Both the position numbers and the translations under genes were made by a program. Below, piece after piece: positions 18,579 through 27,587 of a stretch of 64,000 nucleotides of DNA; positions within the stretch are counted from its first letter, which is position 1, and each line of letters begins with the position of its first letter. Source of the DNA: an uncultured Alcanivorax sp. (GTDB lineage: Bacteria; Pseudomonadota; Gammaproteobacteria; Pseudomonadales; Alcanivoracaceae); contig CAJXLA010000001.1 in assembly GCA_913055795.1 (NCBI GenBank), positions 9,997 through 73,996 of the forward strand. Reading direction: 5' to 3'. The notes beneath the pieces are model-generated. The model was not told the origin of the DNA, ran no database searches, and was given only the letters and a program-made list of their open reading frames with translations.

Positions 18579-20138
18579 TCAGAGTTTGGGCGGATACCCC
18601 GTGATTCGCCGGATGGCGCGGTACAGCGGCGCCAGGCGGCGGTAGAGGCGGCTGTACACCTCGCGGTGAAGCTGATCATAGAGCCGGGCGTTGTCCGGGT
18701 CGGGATCGAAGCGGTCCCCGGCATGGGTCATGGCAGCCACGGCTCTTTCATGGTCGGCATGCAAACCGGCGCCCACGGCCGCGTTGATCGCCGCGCCCAG
18801 GCCCGAGGTTTCCCAGGTGTGGGGGCGTTCCACGGGCAGATTGAAGAGATCGGCGGTGATGTGCATGGCTTCGTCGCTGCGTGAGCCGCCGCCGGATACG
18901 CGCAGCCGTTCCAGGGCTACGCCGTTGCGTTTTTCCAGGCGCGTGCGTCCGGCCCGCAAGGCATGGGCGATGCCCTCGATAATGGCCCGGTACAGATGCG
19001 CTCGGGTATGCACGTCACCGAAGCCGATAATGGCGCCCTTGGCCTCGGGGCCCGGCATGCGGACGCCGGGATTCCAGAAGGGTTGCAGGGTCAGGCCCAT
19101 GGCTCCGGGCGGCGAGGCTCGCAGCAGGTCCTCGAACAGCGCTTCCGGGGGTAGCCCCCGGCGTTCGGCTTCCTCCACCTCCGCCCGGGCGAATTCGCGC
19201 TTGAACCAGTTCACCATCCAGTAACCGCGTTGAACGATGATCTCGCTGTTGTAGTGCCCCGGCAGCGCCGCGGGATAGGGCGGCACAAAGCCCATGGGCT
19301 CCACATAACGGTCATTGCCGGTATTGATGGTGGCCGTAGTGCCGTAGCTGAGATGGCCGATGTCGGGTGTGAGCGCGCCCGAGCCCAGGACCTCGCAGGC
19401 CTTGTCCGCGCCCGCCGCGATCAGGGGCAGTCCCTCGGGGATGCCCGTGGTTTGTGCCGCTTCCGCCGTAATCCGGCCCAGGGGTTCGCCGGGTGGTGTC
19501 AGCGGTGGCAGCTGGTCGCGCCGTACCCGCAGGGCCCGCCACTTGATGTCCCCGGGACCGGCCCAGTCCTGCCGCCGGAAATCAAAGGGGAGATACCCCA
19601 CCTGGGCCGAGATCGCGTCGCGCAGCTCGCCGGTGAGTTGCCGGGTCAGCCAGCCGGAAAGCAGCACGAAGTGTTCCGTACGCGCCCAGGTGTCCGGCTC
19701 GGTCACCGCCAGCCAGTTGCACTCAGCGCGGGCCTGAAACTGATGCATGGTCTCGCCCAGGCCCAGCAGCCGGATGGGCACGGCCAGCCACCAGGGCAGC
19801 CGCGGATAGTTACCGGTCCGTCGCTGATCCAGCCAGATGACGGCCGGGCGCACGGGTTCACGGTTTTCATCCAGGCAGACCACCGAGGCCCGCTGGGTCG
19901 TCAGGGCCGCGGCCGCCAGGCGTTCGCGCAAATCGCCGTGTTCCTGCCACAGCTGCCGGCAGGCCTCGCTCAGCTTTCGCCAGAAGTAATAACAGTCCTG
20001 TTCCGCCTGCCCGGGTTCCGGGGAGCGGTACGGCTCGATCTCTACCTGTTCGCGTGCCAGCAGGCCGCCGTGCCGGTCGAAGATCATGGCCCGCGCGCTC
20101 TGCGTCCCCTGATCCAGCGCCAGCAGCAGATCCTTCAT
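18579..20138 (-). CDS. FGGY family carbohydrate kinase
   Basis: LDQGTQSAR, WLDQR, SYGTT and VSGGGSRS motifs. Confidence 0.95.
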   Translation of the reverse strand: MKDLLLALDQGTQSARAMIFDRHGGLLAREQVEIEPYRSPEPGQAEQDCYYFWRKLSEACRQLWQEHGDLRERLAAAALTTQRASVVCLDENREPVRPAVIWLDQRRTGNYPRLPWWLAVPIRLLGLGETMHQFQARAECNWLAVTEPDTWARTEHFVLLSGWLTRQLTGELRDAISAQVGYLPFDFRRQDWAGPGDIKWRALRVRRDQLPPLTPPGEPLGRITAEAAQTTGIPEGLPLIAAGADKACEVLGSGALTPDIGHLSYGTTATINTGNDRYVEPMGFVPPYPAALPGHYNSEIIVQRGYWMVNWFKREFARAEVEEAERRGLPPEALFEDLLRASPPGAMGLTLQPFWNPGVRMPGPEAKGAIIGFGDVHTRAHLYRAIIEGIAHALRAGRTRLEKRNGVALERLRVSGGGSRSDEAMHITADLFNLPVERPHTWETSGLGAAINAAVGAGLHADHERAVAAMTHAGDRFDPDPDNARLYDQLHREVYSRLYRRLAPLYRAIRRITGYPPKL

Positions 20139-21622
20139 GCCGGGTCCCCGGGCACGCTGTAATACTGCTCGATAAGGACAATATAGCGCTCGACTTCCCG
20201 CGTCCAGCGCTCTTCATCCCAGCCCAACAACCGCTGACAAGGCGCGCGCAGGGCGTCGAGCTGTTCCCGGGCACCCCGGCGGTGCAGCAGCCCCAGATGG
20301 GTGCGGCGCAGAAGCAGATCATCCAGATGCACCACCATCTCGTGCTCGAGAATCCATTCCACCCATTGGGTATCGCTCAGTTCCGGCCACGCCCGCAGCG
20401 GATGGCCACCACCCGGATGGAGCTCGCGGGGCCGGAACAAGGGCGTGCGGTCATGGCCGTGTTCACGCCGGCCCTGGGCGTCCAGCAGCCCGGCCGCCTC
20501 CAGCGCATCCAGCGCGATCAGGCGGAAGGTGGTGAGCTTGCCGCCACTGACCGTAATCACGCCGTCATTCTCCCAGACATCGTGCTCGCGCCTTTCCTGG
20601 GAGGGATCCAGCCCCTTGCCGCTGCTGATGACCGGACGCACGCCGGCCCAGGTGGAGATGACATCGGCCGGCGCAAGCTGCAATTCCGGAAACTGACTGT
20701 TGGCCAGTTCCAGCAGGTAATCCAGCTCCCGGCGGGAACAGCGGGGTTCCTCGTCGAGGTTTTTGTCGTGATCCAGATCGGTGGTGCCGATACAGGTGGC
20801 CCCTTCCCAGGGGAAGATGAACACGGGGCGGCCATCTTTTGGATGCAGGATGGTGAGACAGTGGTTTACCGGCACGCGCTGGCGGGATACGAAGAGGTGG
20901 CTGCCGCGCAGCGGGCGTATCCGGGCCGCGCTGCCCGAGAGCCGATCCGCCCAGGCGCCGGTGGCATTGATGACGCGCGTGGTGTCCAGCTCATGGGTGC
21001 TGTGGTCACAACCGTCGGTCACCCGGATTCGAAAGCCTGTGTCCGTAGCCGTGACGGCGTCCGCGGTTAGATAGTTGCAAACCACCCCGCCCTCGGCTGT
21101 CCCTTCATGGAGGATGCGCAGCACCAGGCGGCTGTCGTCCGTCAGGGCGTCGGTATAGGTCATGGCGCCCTTGAGTCCGGTCTGCTCGAATCCGGGCAGC
21201 CGATCGAGCACGGCGGAGCGAGTCAGCCAGCGGTGATCCCGGATGCCGGCGAGACGGTCATAGAGCCAGAGCAGCAGTTTCATGGACCAGCGCCCGGGGA
21301 AACGCTTCCGGCGGATGGGGAAGAGGTAGTCCTGACGCACGACCAGCTCGGGCAATTCCTGGATGAGCCGTTCGCGCTCGCGCAACGCATCCCGTGTCAG
21401 GCCAATATCGCCCTGGGCGATGTAGCGCAAGCCGCCGTGCACCATCTTGGACGAGCGGCTGGAGGTGCCCCAGGCAAAGTCACGCTGTTCCACCAGCAGC
21501 ACCTTCAGGCCCAGCCGGGACGCCATCAGCAGAATGCCGGCACCGGTAATGCCGCCCCCGATGACGATCAGGTCCCAGTGCGTACGGGCCAGCTTGGTCG
21601 GATCCGGACGTTTACCCGGCAT
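20135..21622 (-). CDS. Glycerol-3-phosphate dehydrogenase/oxidase-like flavoprotein (GlpD family)
   Basis: GGGITGAG, GTSSRSSKMVHGGLRY and GGKLTTFR motifs. Confidence 0.93.
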   Translation of the reverse strand: MPGKRPDPTKLARTHWDLIVIGGGITGAGILLMASRLGLKVLLVEQRDFAWGTSSRSSKMVHGGLRYIAQGDIGLTRDALRERERLIQELPELVVRQDYLFPIRRKRFPGRWSMKLLLWLYDRLAGIRDHRWLTRSAVLDRLPGFEQTGLKGAMTYTDALTDDSRLVLRILHEGTAEGGVVCNYLTADAVTATDTGFRIRVTDGCDHSTHELDTTRVINATGAWADRLSGSAARIRPLRGSHLFVSRQRVPVNHCLTILHPKDGRPVFIFPWEGATCIGTTDLDHDKNLDEEPRCSRRELDYLLELANSQFPELQLAPADVISTWAGVRPVISSGKGLDPSQERREHDVWENDGVITVSGGKLTTFRLIALDALEAAGLLDAQGRREHGHDRTPLFRPRELHPGGGHPLRAWPELSDTQWVEWILEHEMVVHLDDLLLRRTHLGLLHRRGAREQLDALRAPCQRLLGWDEERWTREVERYIVLIEQYYSVPGDPA

Positions 21623-23219
21623 GATCGTTCTCCCCCAGCAGGCAACCTGGATTCAGGCGCGTGTCCGGATCGAAATGGTGCATCAGCGCCGTGAGCGCCG
21701 CCATGCCCTGCTCGCCCTTTTCCGCCGGCAGCCAGGGGGCATGATCCCGGCCCACGCCGTGCTGGTGACTGATGGTGCCGCCCAGCCGCGCAATCACGTC
21801 CGAAGCCGCGCTTTTCATGCGCCACCAGCGTTGCCGGGTTTCCTCCAGACTGTCCGAGCAGCGGAACACGTAGGAGGTATAGATGCTGGAACCCTGAGCG
21901 TAAAGGTGCGAAAGGTGGGTAAAGACATGGGCCTGTTCACCCTCGCCGGCCTCGCCCCGGATGGCGTCTTCCACCTGCGCCACCATTTCGGGCACGCGGT
22001 CCCAGTTCACCGCCGTCTCCAGGGTGTCCACGACATAGCCGTGCTCCCAGAGCCCGTGGCGCAGATAGGGTGATCGGAACCGGGTTTCTTCCCACTTGCG
22101 CCCCAGCGGGCGGCCGGTGTGTACGCCCCCGGCCCGGCGGATGCGGCGCACGGTCTCGCGCAGCGTCTGACGGCAGGCGCGTGCCTCGCCGCTGACGCCG
22201 AAGGTGAGCATGCATTTGCCGTCGCCGCAGCCCCGCAGGCGCAGATAGCGCTCCAGGGCCGCGACCGCCTTTTCATGACCGGCCAGCACCAGCTGGGTGC
22301 GGGTTTCTTCCGGGTTCGACAGGCGCACCATGGACAGCGGCAAACGCGCCTGCACCAGCTCCCGGGCCAGGCGCACGCCGTGTTCCCAGTCCGGCATGAA
22401 GGCCACATGGAAGCTCTCGTGCTCGGGTTGCGGCGATACCCGGGCCTGGACCTCGGTGATTAGGCCCAGACGCCCTTCCGAGCCCAGCACCAGTTCGCGC
22501 AGATCGGGGCCGGCGGACGAGGCGGGAAAGGCCGGAATCTCCAGACTGCCTCGGGGGGTCTCCACACGCCCGCCGGCAAACAGTTGTTCGATCCGGCCGT
22601 AGCGCAGGCTCTGCTGCCCGCTGGACCGACTCGCCACCCAACCGCCGATGGTCGACAGCTCCCAGGACTGCGGATAATGGCCCAGTACATACCCCTGCTC
22701 GGCCAGCAGCCGTTCCACTTCGGGCCCGGGTGTGCCGGCTCCGAAGGTGGCCAGCTGACTGGTCCGATCCAGCTTCAGCAACCCGTTGAGGCGCGCCAGC
22801 GACAGGGTGAGCACGGGGGCATTGGATACCGGTGGATTGATGTGACCCGCCACGGAGGTGCCACCGCCGTAGGGAATCAACCGGATACCATGCTCCACCG
22901 CCCAGTCCAGCAGCTCGCGTACCTGGCCACGGTCGGCGGGCTGCGCCACCCCGTCCGGGAAGGTGCCGAAATCACCCGCGCGCATCGCCAGCCAGTCCGG
23001 CAGACTCTGACCCCGGGCATGGCGAACCCGGGTTTCGGCGGAAGAGTCAATCAAGCGATGATGCGGCAACCGCGAGCCGGGCACGCGGGCCATCACATCC
23101 GCGAGAGCGGCATCGGCGTGGATACGCCCGGGCCCCAGCACCCGTTTCAGAAAGTCCCGCCCGGCGGGTTTCAGGGGGAAATGGGTGGCTTCGTCACCCC
23201 AGCCGTTCCAGCGTCGCAT
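21612..23219 (-). CDS. FAD-binding oxidoreductase, alkyl-dihydroxyacetonephosphate synthase (AGPS)-like
   Basis: MRRWNGWG start; PYGGGTSV, GHYPQSWELSTIGGW, GSEGRLG, DTLETA and ISHQHGVG motifs. Confidence 0.9.
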   Translation of the reverse strand: MRRWNGWGDEATHFPLKPAGRDFLKRVLGPGRIHADAALADVMARVPGSRLPHHRLIDSSAETRVRHARGQSLPDWLAMRAGDFGTFPDGVAQPADRGQVRELLDWAVEHGIRLIPYGGGTSVAGHINPPVSNAPVLTLSLARLNGLLKLDRTSQLATFGAGTPGPEVERLLAEQGYVLGHYPQSWELSTIGGWVASRSSGQQSLRYGRIEQLFAGGRVETPRGSLEIPAFPASSAGPDLRELVLGSEGRLGLITEVQARVSPQPEHESFHVAFMPDWEHGVRLARELVQARLPLSMVRLSNPEETRTQLVLAGHEKAVAALERYLRLRGCGDGKCMLTFGVSGEARACRQTLRETVRRIRRAGGVHTGRPLGRKWEETRFRSPYLRHGLWEHGYVVDTLETAVNWDRVPEMVAQVEDAIRGEAGEGEQAHVFTHLSHLYAQGSSIYTSYVFRCSDSLEETRQRWWRMKSAASDVIARLGGTISHQHGVGRDHAPWLPAEKGEQGMAALTALMHHFDPDTRLNPGCLLGENDHAG

Positions 23220-23483
23220 AACGGTCTCTGCCTCAGAGAATTGCCCCGCATGCTACGGAATTGACGGCCGGCTTTCATGCTCCGTGACATCCTGCTTGGG
23301 GATTTCGGGACCCAAAAGATGAAAAATGGTTTCAATTCATCGGGTTAGGACGTAAACCTGAAGTTCTTGTTTGACCTGGCTGGTGCGGCATTTGCCTGCG
23401 TAGGCCCGGATCACGGGATGAAAAACCGCTGCAGTTGCCGTACCCTTGGTCAGACATTATCACCCGCTGGATCGAGGCTCCGC

Positions 23484-24143
23484 ATGAAGCAACTCGCCAT
23501 TGTGGCCCTGGCCGCCGGCCTGGCCGCCTGCAGTACCGTGAACCCCTACACCGGGGAAAAACAGACCGCCAAGGCCACCTCGGGCGCGGCCATCGGGGCC
23601 GCCGTGGGCGCGCTGGTGGGCATTGCCACTTCGGACAGTTCCAAGGAGCGCAAGGAACGGGCCCTCAAGGGCGCGGGGATCGGTGCCCTGGCCGGTGGCG
23701 GCGTGGGCGCCTATATGGATCAGCAGGAAGCCAAGATGCGCCAGAAGCTGGAAGGTACGGGCGTGTCGGTGACCCGCGACGGCGACCGCCTGATCCTGAA
23801 CATGCCCGGCAATATCACCTTTGCCACGGACAGTTCCCGGGTTCAGGACTCCTTCCGTCCGGTCCTGGATTCCGTTTCGGAGGTGCTGTCCGAATACGAA
23901 AAGACCATGATCCAGGTGGCGGGTCATACCGACAGCACCGGCGGCGATCGCTACAACATGCTGCTGTCGCAACAGCGCGCCCAAAGCGTGGCGGATGTGC
24001 TCAACGAATTCGGTGTGCAATCCGTGCGCATTGATCCGGTGGGCTTCGGTGAAACCCAACCCATCGCCACCAATGAAACGGAAACCGGCCGGGCGCGCAA
24101 CCGGCGCGTGGAACTCACCCTGGTGCCCTATCAGGAAGAGTGA
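23484..24143 (+). CDS. OmpA-family lipoprotein (YiaD-like, glycine zipper)
   Basis: Lipobox LAAC, glycine zipper, GHTDSTG...NRRVEL peptidoglycan-binding domain. Confidence 0.93.
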   Translation: MKQLAIVALAAGLAACSTVNPYTGEKQTAKATSGAAIGAAVGALVGIATSDSSKERKERALKGAGIGALAGGGVGAYMDQQEAKMRQKLEGTGVSVTRDGDRLILNMPGNITFATDSSRVQDSFRPVLDSVSEVLSEYEKTMIQVAGHTDSTGGDRYNMLLSQQRAQSVADVLNEFGVQSVRIDPVGFGETQPIATNETETGRARNRRVELTLVPYQEE

Positions 24144-24151
24144 AAGCAACA

Positions 24152-24176
24152 GCCGGGCGGGCGTGCTCCGCCCGGC
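24152..24176. terminator. GC-rich hairpin between convergent genes
   Basis: GCCGGGCGG...CCGCCCGGC 9-bp stem. U-tract is weak. Confidence 0.45.
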
Positions 24177-24190
24177 CTTGCCGATGCCCG

Positions 24191-25306
24191 TCAGGAGGCG
24201 TCTTCGTACAGCGGTTTGGACAACTCCGCCCAGTCCACCTCGCCGTCATGCCCCAGATCCTCGAATTGCAGAATCCCGAGCTGCTCGAATTTCGGTCGCA
24301 CGCTTTCGGTTAGCAGGCCGATGCGCTTGAGATTGGGCATGATGCGGGTGAACAGCAGATTCCGGAACTGCGCCATCAGGCTGGATTCCAGCGCCACCTG
24401 ACGAGCTCTTTCCACATCCCAGCCAAAGTGTGCGAAGACATCGGTGGCGATCAGGCGCTCGCGCATGACCACACAGGCCTCATAGGCGAACTGCGCGCGT
24501 TCCTCGCGTTCTTCCTCGGTGAGCTGATCGGTGACGTATTCCTGAAGGTAGTTCACGCCGAAGGTTACGTGCCGTGCCTCGTCGCGTACCACCAGGTGAA
24601 TGATGTCGCGCAGCAACTTGTCCTGGGCGGTCAGTTTGAGGGTGTTGAACGCCGCCAGGGCCAGCCCCTCGATAATGATCTGCATGCCGATGAACTTCAG
24701 ATCCCAGCGCGGATCGGACAGGATCTTGTCCAGCAGGGCCTTCAGGTGTTCGTTCACCGGGTAGAGGATACCGATCTTGTCCTGCAGGTACTTGGTAAAG
24801 ACCTCCACATGCCGCGCTTCGTCGAAGGTCTGGGACGCGGCGTAGAGTTTGGCGTCATAGGTGGGTGCACAGGAGGTGAGCTGGGACGCTACCAGGAGCG
24901 CGCCCTGTTCGCCGTGCATGAATTGCGCCAGCATCCAGGCCAGGTTGTGCCAGCCGAAGCGCAGCTTTTCATCCTCCGACAGGGCCTCGAAGGGCTCCCA
25001 GCCGGCAAACGGATTCATGCTCTCGTCCAGTGGATACTGGTCCTTGGGCAAGGTCTGGCTCCAGTCCACATCCATTTCCGCGTTCCAGTTGAGCTCCTTG
25101 CCCAGGCGGTAGAGCTTGCGGATGCGGTCGTCGGCGCTGGAGTAATCCCAGTTGTAGTGCCCGGTCAGCGGCGTCTGGAAGATCTCGACGATATCCTGCA
25201 CATGGCCCGGGGTGAGCTTGTCCTCGATGTCCTCGGCCCCCGGTCCGTCCCAGCTCTCGTAATAGGCTACTTCTTCGGGCGGCTGTTCCCGATTATCGAT
25301 TTTCAT
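24191..25306 (-). CDS. Ferritin-like diiron protein (AurF-like oxygenase family)
   Basis: HGEQGA...DEARH...IIEGLA...DEARH paired diiron motifs. Confidence 0.88.
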   Translation of the reverse strand: MKIDNREQPPEEVAYYESWDGPGAEDIEDKLTPGHVQDIVEIFQTPLTGHYNWDYSSADDRIRKLYRLGKELNWNAEMDVDWSQTLPKDQYPLDESMNPFAGWEPFEALSEDEKLRFGWHNLAWMLAQFMHGEQGALLVASQLTSCAPTYDAKLYAASQTFDEARHVEVFTKYLQDKIGILYPVNEHLKALLDKILSDPRWDLKFIGMQIIIEGLALAAFNTLKLTAQDKLLRDIIHLVVRDEARHVTFGVNYLQEYVTDQLTEEEREERAQFAYEACVVMRERLIATDVFAHFGWDVERARQVALESSLMAQFRNLLFTRIMPNLKRIGLLTESVRPKFEQLGILQFEDLGHDGEVDWAELSKPLYEDAS

Positions 25307-25367
25307 GAAGGCCTCCTGCGTTGTGGGAACCTGTCCCTCACGCTAGGCTCATGTGTCCACCGCGGCA

Positions 25368-25413
25368 ATGTCGTGGAATGACAATTCGCGAGGTTTTTGT
25401 CGTTAAATCACAA
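25368..25413. promoter_or_regulatory. Tandem operator-like repeat upstream of the diiron gene
   Basis: ATGTCGTGGAATGACAA (25368-25384) and TTGTCGTTAAATCACAA (25397-25413). Confidence 0.45.
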
Positions 25414-25875
25414 TCAGCTCAGCTGATCTTCCGCTTCCTCGGATAACAGGAAATGGGATCGCGCAATGGCAATGGGTTCACTGCGTCGCACTTGCCAGGC
25501 ATCAATGGCCAGATTCGCCACCCGCCGACCCAGCCGCGTGACGCGACACTCGGCAAAGGTGTCCCGGAAATAGCCCGCGCGCAGGTAATCCACGGTGAAA
25601 TCAATGGTCTTGGGTACCCGTGGCTCGCCCATCTTCAGCAACAAATAGATGATCGCGGATTGTTCCAGAAAACCCGCCACGGCGCCGCCGTGCAGTGCGG
25701 GCAGGGTCGGATTACCCAGGTTGTCGGCGTTTTTGGGCAGCACGAAGGTCATTTCCTCGCCGTGGGCCTCCACCTGGATCCCCAGGAACCGGGCATAAGG
25801 CACATGATCCACCAGATCCTGATAGGCCGCCTCCCCCGAGCGGCACTGCGTCACCCGACGGGCCAGTTCATTCAC
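25414..25875 (-). CDS. PaaI family thioesterase (hotdog fold)
   Basis: GNPTLPALHGG and KTIDFTVDYLR motifs. Confidence 0.9.
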   Translation of the reverse strand: MNELARRVTQCRSGEAAYQDLVDHVPYARFLGIQVEAHGEEMTFVLPKNADNLGNPTLPALHGGAVAGFLEQSAIIYLLLKMGEPRVPKTIDFTVDYLRAGYFRDTFAECRVTRLGRRVANLAIDAWQVRRSEPIAIARSHFLLSEEAEDQLS

Positions 25876-26347
25876 GGGGCGCCTCCCTGTCCGAACCTCG
25901 CGGGATCTTCATGCGCATATAGGTAGCCAGTCCGGTCGCTACCGGCTCTTCCTCCAGGCCTTCGGCGAAGGCCGTCACACGCACGAAGGCGACCTGGGAG
26001 CTGAGCCGATAGCAGACGCCGTCGCCGATCACGGCGCGTCCGGATTCGGCCGGGCGTAGATGATCCAGCCGGAAGTCGATGGTGGGCGTGATTTCATAAT
26101 CCGGATAAATGGCGCAGGCATTGGCCAGACCGCCCACCTGATCGAGAAAAGCGAAGACGGCGCCGCCGTGGATGGCCCCGGTTTCCGGATTCCCCACCAG
26201 TTCGGCGCGCCAGGGCATGCGGCAGCGCACGCTGTCCTCGCCGGTCTCGAGCACCTCGATGCCCAGGTTGGTGGAATGCTGTACCGTGGCGACAAAGCGC
26301 CGACACAGCTCCAGGCGGGTGTGCGCCGCGGTATTCGACGGGGCCAA
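25868..26347 (-). CDS. PaaI family thioesterase (hotdog fold)
   Basis: GNPETGAIHGG...LDQ and PTIDFRLDHLRP motifs. Probable TTG start after CAGGAG (start uncertain). Confidence 0.88.
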   Translation of the reverse strand: MAPSNTAAHTRLELCRRFVATVQHSTNLGIEVLETGEDSVRCRMPWRAELVGNPETGAIHGGAVFAFLDQVGGLANACAIYPDYEITPTIDFRLDHLRPAESGRAVIGDGVCYRLSSQVAFVRVTAFAEGLEEEPVATGLATYMRMKIPRGSDREAPRE

Positions 26348-26450
26348 GAACAACTCCTGATTCGCCGCCGGGCTCCTGCCCGTTGCAATGTGGCGCATCT
26401 TACATCATCTTGCCGCCCTTGCGCGCAAGCGGACGGGACAATGAGCACCC

Positions 26451-27578
26451 ATGAGCACCACCAACCGGTTCAGCAATGGCTGGCGCATGCTCGCCCATGC
26501 GGTGGAGCGCCGGCGTCATCCCCAGCGTTTCATTCTGGTGGACCAGACCCCCTGGCAGGAAATCTACCGGGACGGGATCATGGCCGTGCGCCACTATACC
26601 CTGCCCGCCCGGGACAGCATCGTGGTCGAGAACCAGACAATCCCCGCGGCGAGCCAACGCCATGCCACGCCGGTGCTGCTGATACCGCCACTGGGCATTC
26701 AGCCCTGGACCTTCGACCTCATGCCCACGCGCTCCATGGTGCGCTATCTCATGGCGCGCGGCTTTGACGTCTACCTGCTGGACTGGGGCAAGCCCTCTCA
26801 GTCCGACCGGGAGCTCAATCTCGACACCTATGTCAATCACTGGCTCCCCGCCGCGGTGGAAGCGGTACGCGAACACGCGCATGTACCGCAGGTCAGCCTG
26901 GTGGGCTATTGCATGGGTGGGCTGCTGGGCCTGATGTATCTGGGCGGTCATGCGAACACACCCGTGGCGAATCTGGCGACCATCGCGTCGCCGGTAAATT
27001 TTCACAAGAGCGGCTTCTTCGGGGCCCTGTCCGGGTTGGTGAGCATTCCGGCCATGAAGATCCATGAGTGGTTTCAGGTCCGGCTCGAGCCCGTGGACAG
27101 TCAGCTCTTCCATGTCCCCGGTTCATTGCTGTCGCTGGGCTTCAAGCTGACCAATCCACCGGGTGTAGTGGCTTCCTATATCGATCTGGTGCGCAATATC
27201 GCCGACCGGGAATATGTCACCGAGTACATGACCATGGGTCAGTGGTTCAACGATATGGTGGATTATCCGGGCGCGACCGTACGCGAGGTTATCGAAAAGA
27301 TGCTCATTGCCAACAGCCTGGCGGACGGGCGCATTGAAATCGGCGATCGCACCGCCGACTTCGCTCATATCAAGGTCCCCTTGCTGGCGATCGCGGGTCG
27401 GGACGATCGTATCGTGTCCATCCGCGCGGCGCGCGAGATCATGCGCCTGGCGGGCTCGTCCGACAAGCACTTCGAGGTGCTGCCGGGCGGCCATGCCGGC
27501 GTATTCGCCGGCGGGCGCGCCCCCGAGTACGGCTGGCGCATGATCGCGGACTGGCTGAGTCCCTTGTCCGACGACTGA
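26451..27578 (+). CDS. PHA synthase class III PhaC-like alpha/beta hydrolase
   Basis: PVLLIPP, FDVYLLDWG, GYCMGG (Cys nucleophile), DRIV (Asp) and GGHAG (His). Confidence 0.85.
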   Translation: MSTTNRFSNGWRMLAHAVERRRHPQRFILVDQTPWQEIYRDGIMAVRHYTLPARDSIVVENQTIPAASQRHATPVLLIPPLGIQPWTFDLMPTRSMVRYLMARGFDVYLLDWGKPSQSDRELNLDTYVNHWLPAAVEAVREHAHVPQVSLVGYCMGGLLGLMYLGGHANTPVANLATIASPVNFHKSGFFGALSGLVSIPAMKIHEWFQVRLEPVDSQLFHVPGSLLSLGFKLTNPPGVVASYIDLVRNIADREYVTEYMTMGQWFNDMVDYPGATVREVIEKMLIANSLADGRIEIGDRTADFAHIKVPLLAIAGRDDRIVSIRAAREIMRLAGSSDKHFEVLPGGHAGVFAGGRAPEYGWRMIADWLSPLSDD

Positions 27579-27587
27579 ACCGGGCGG

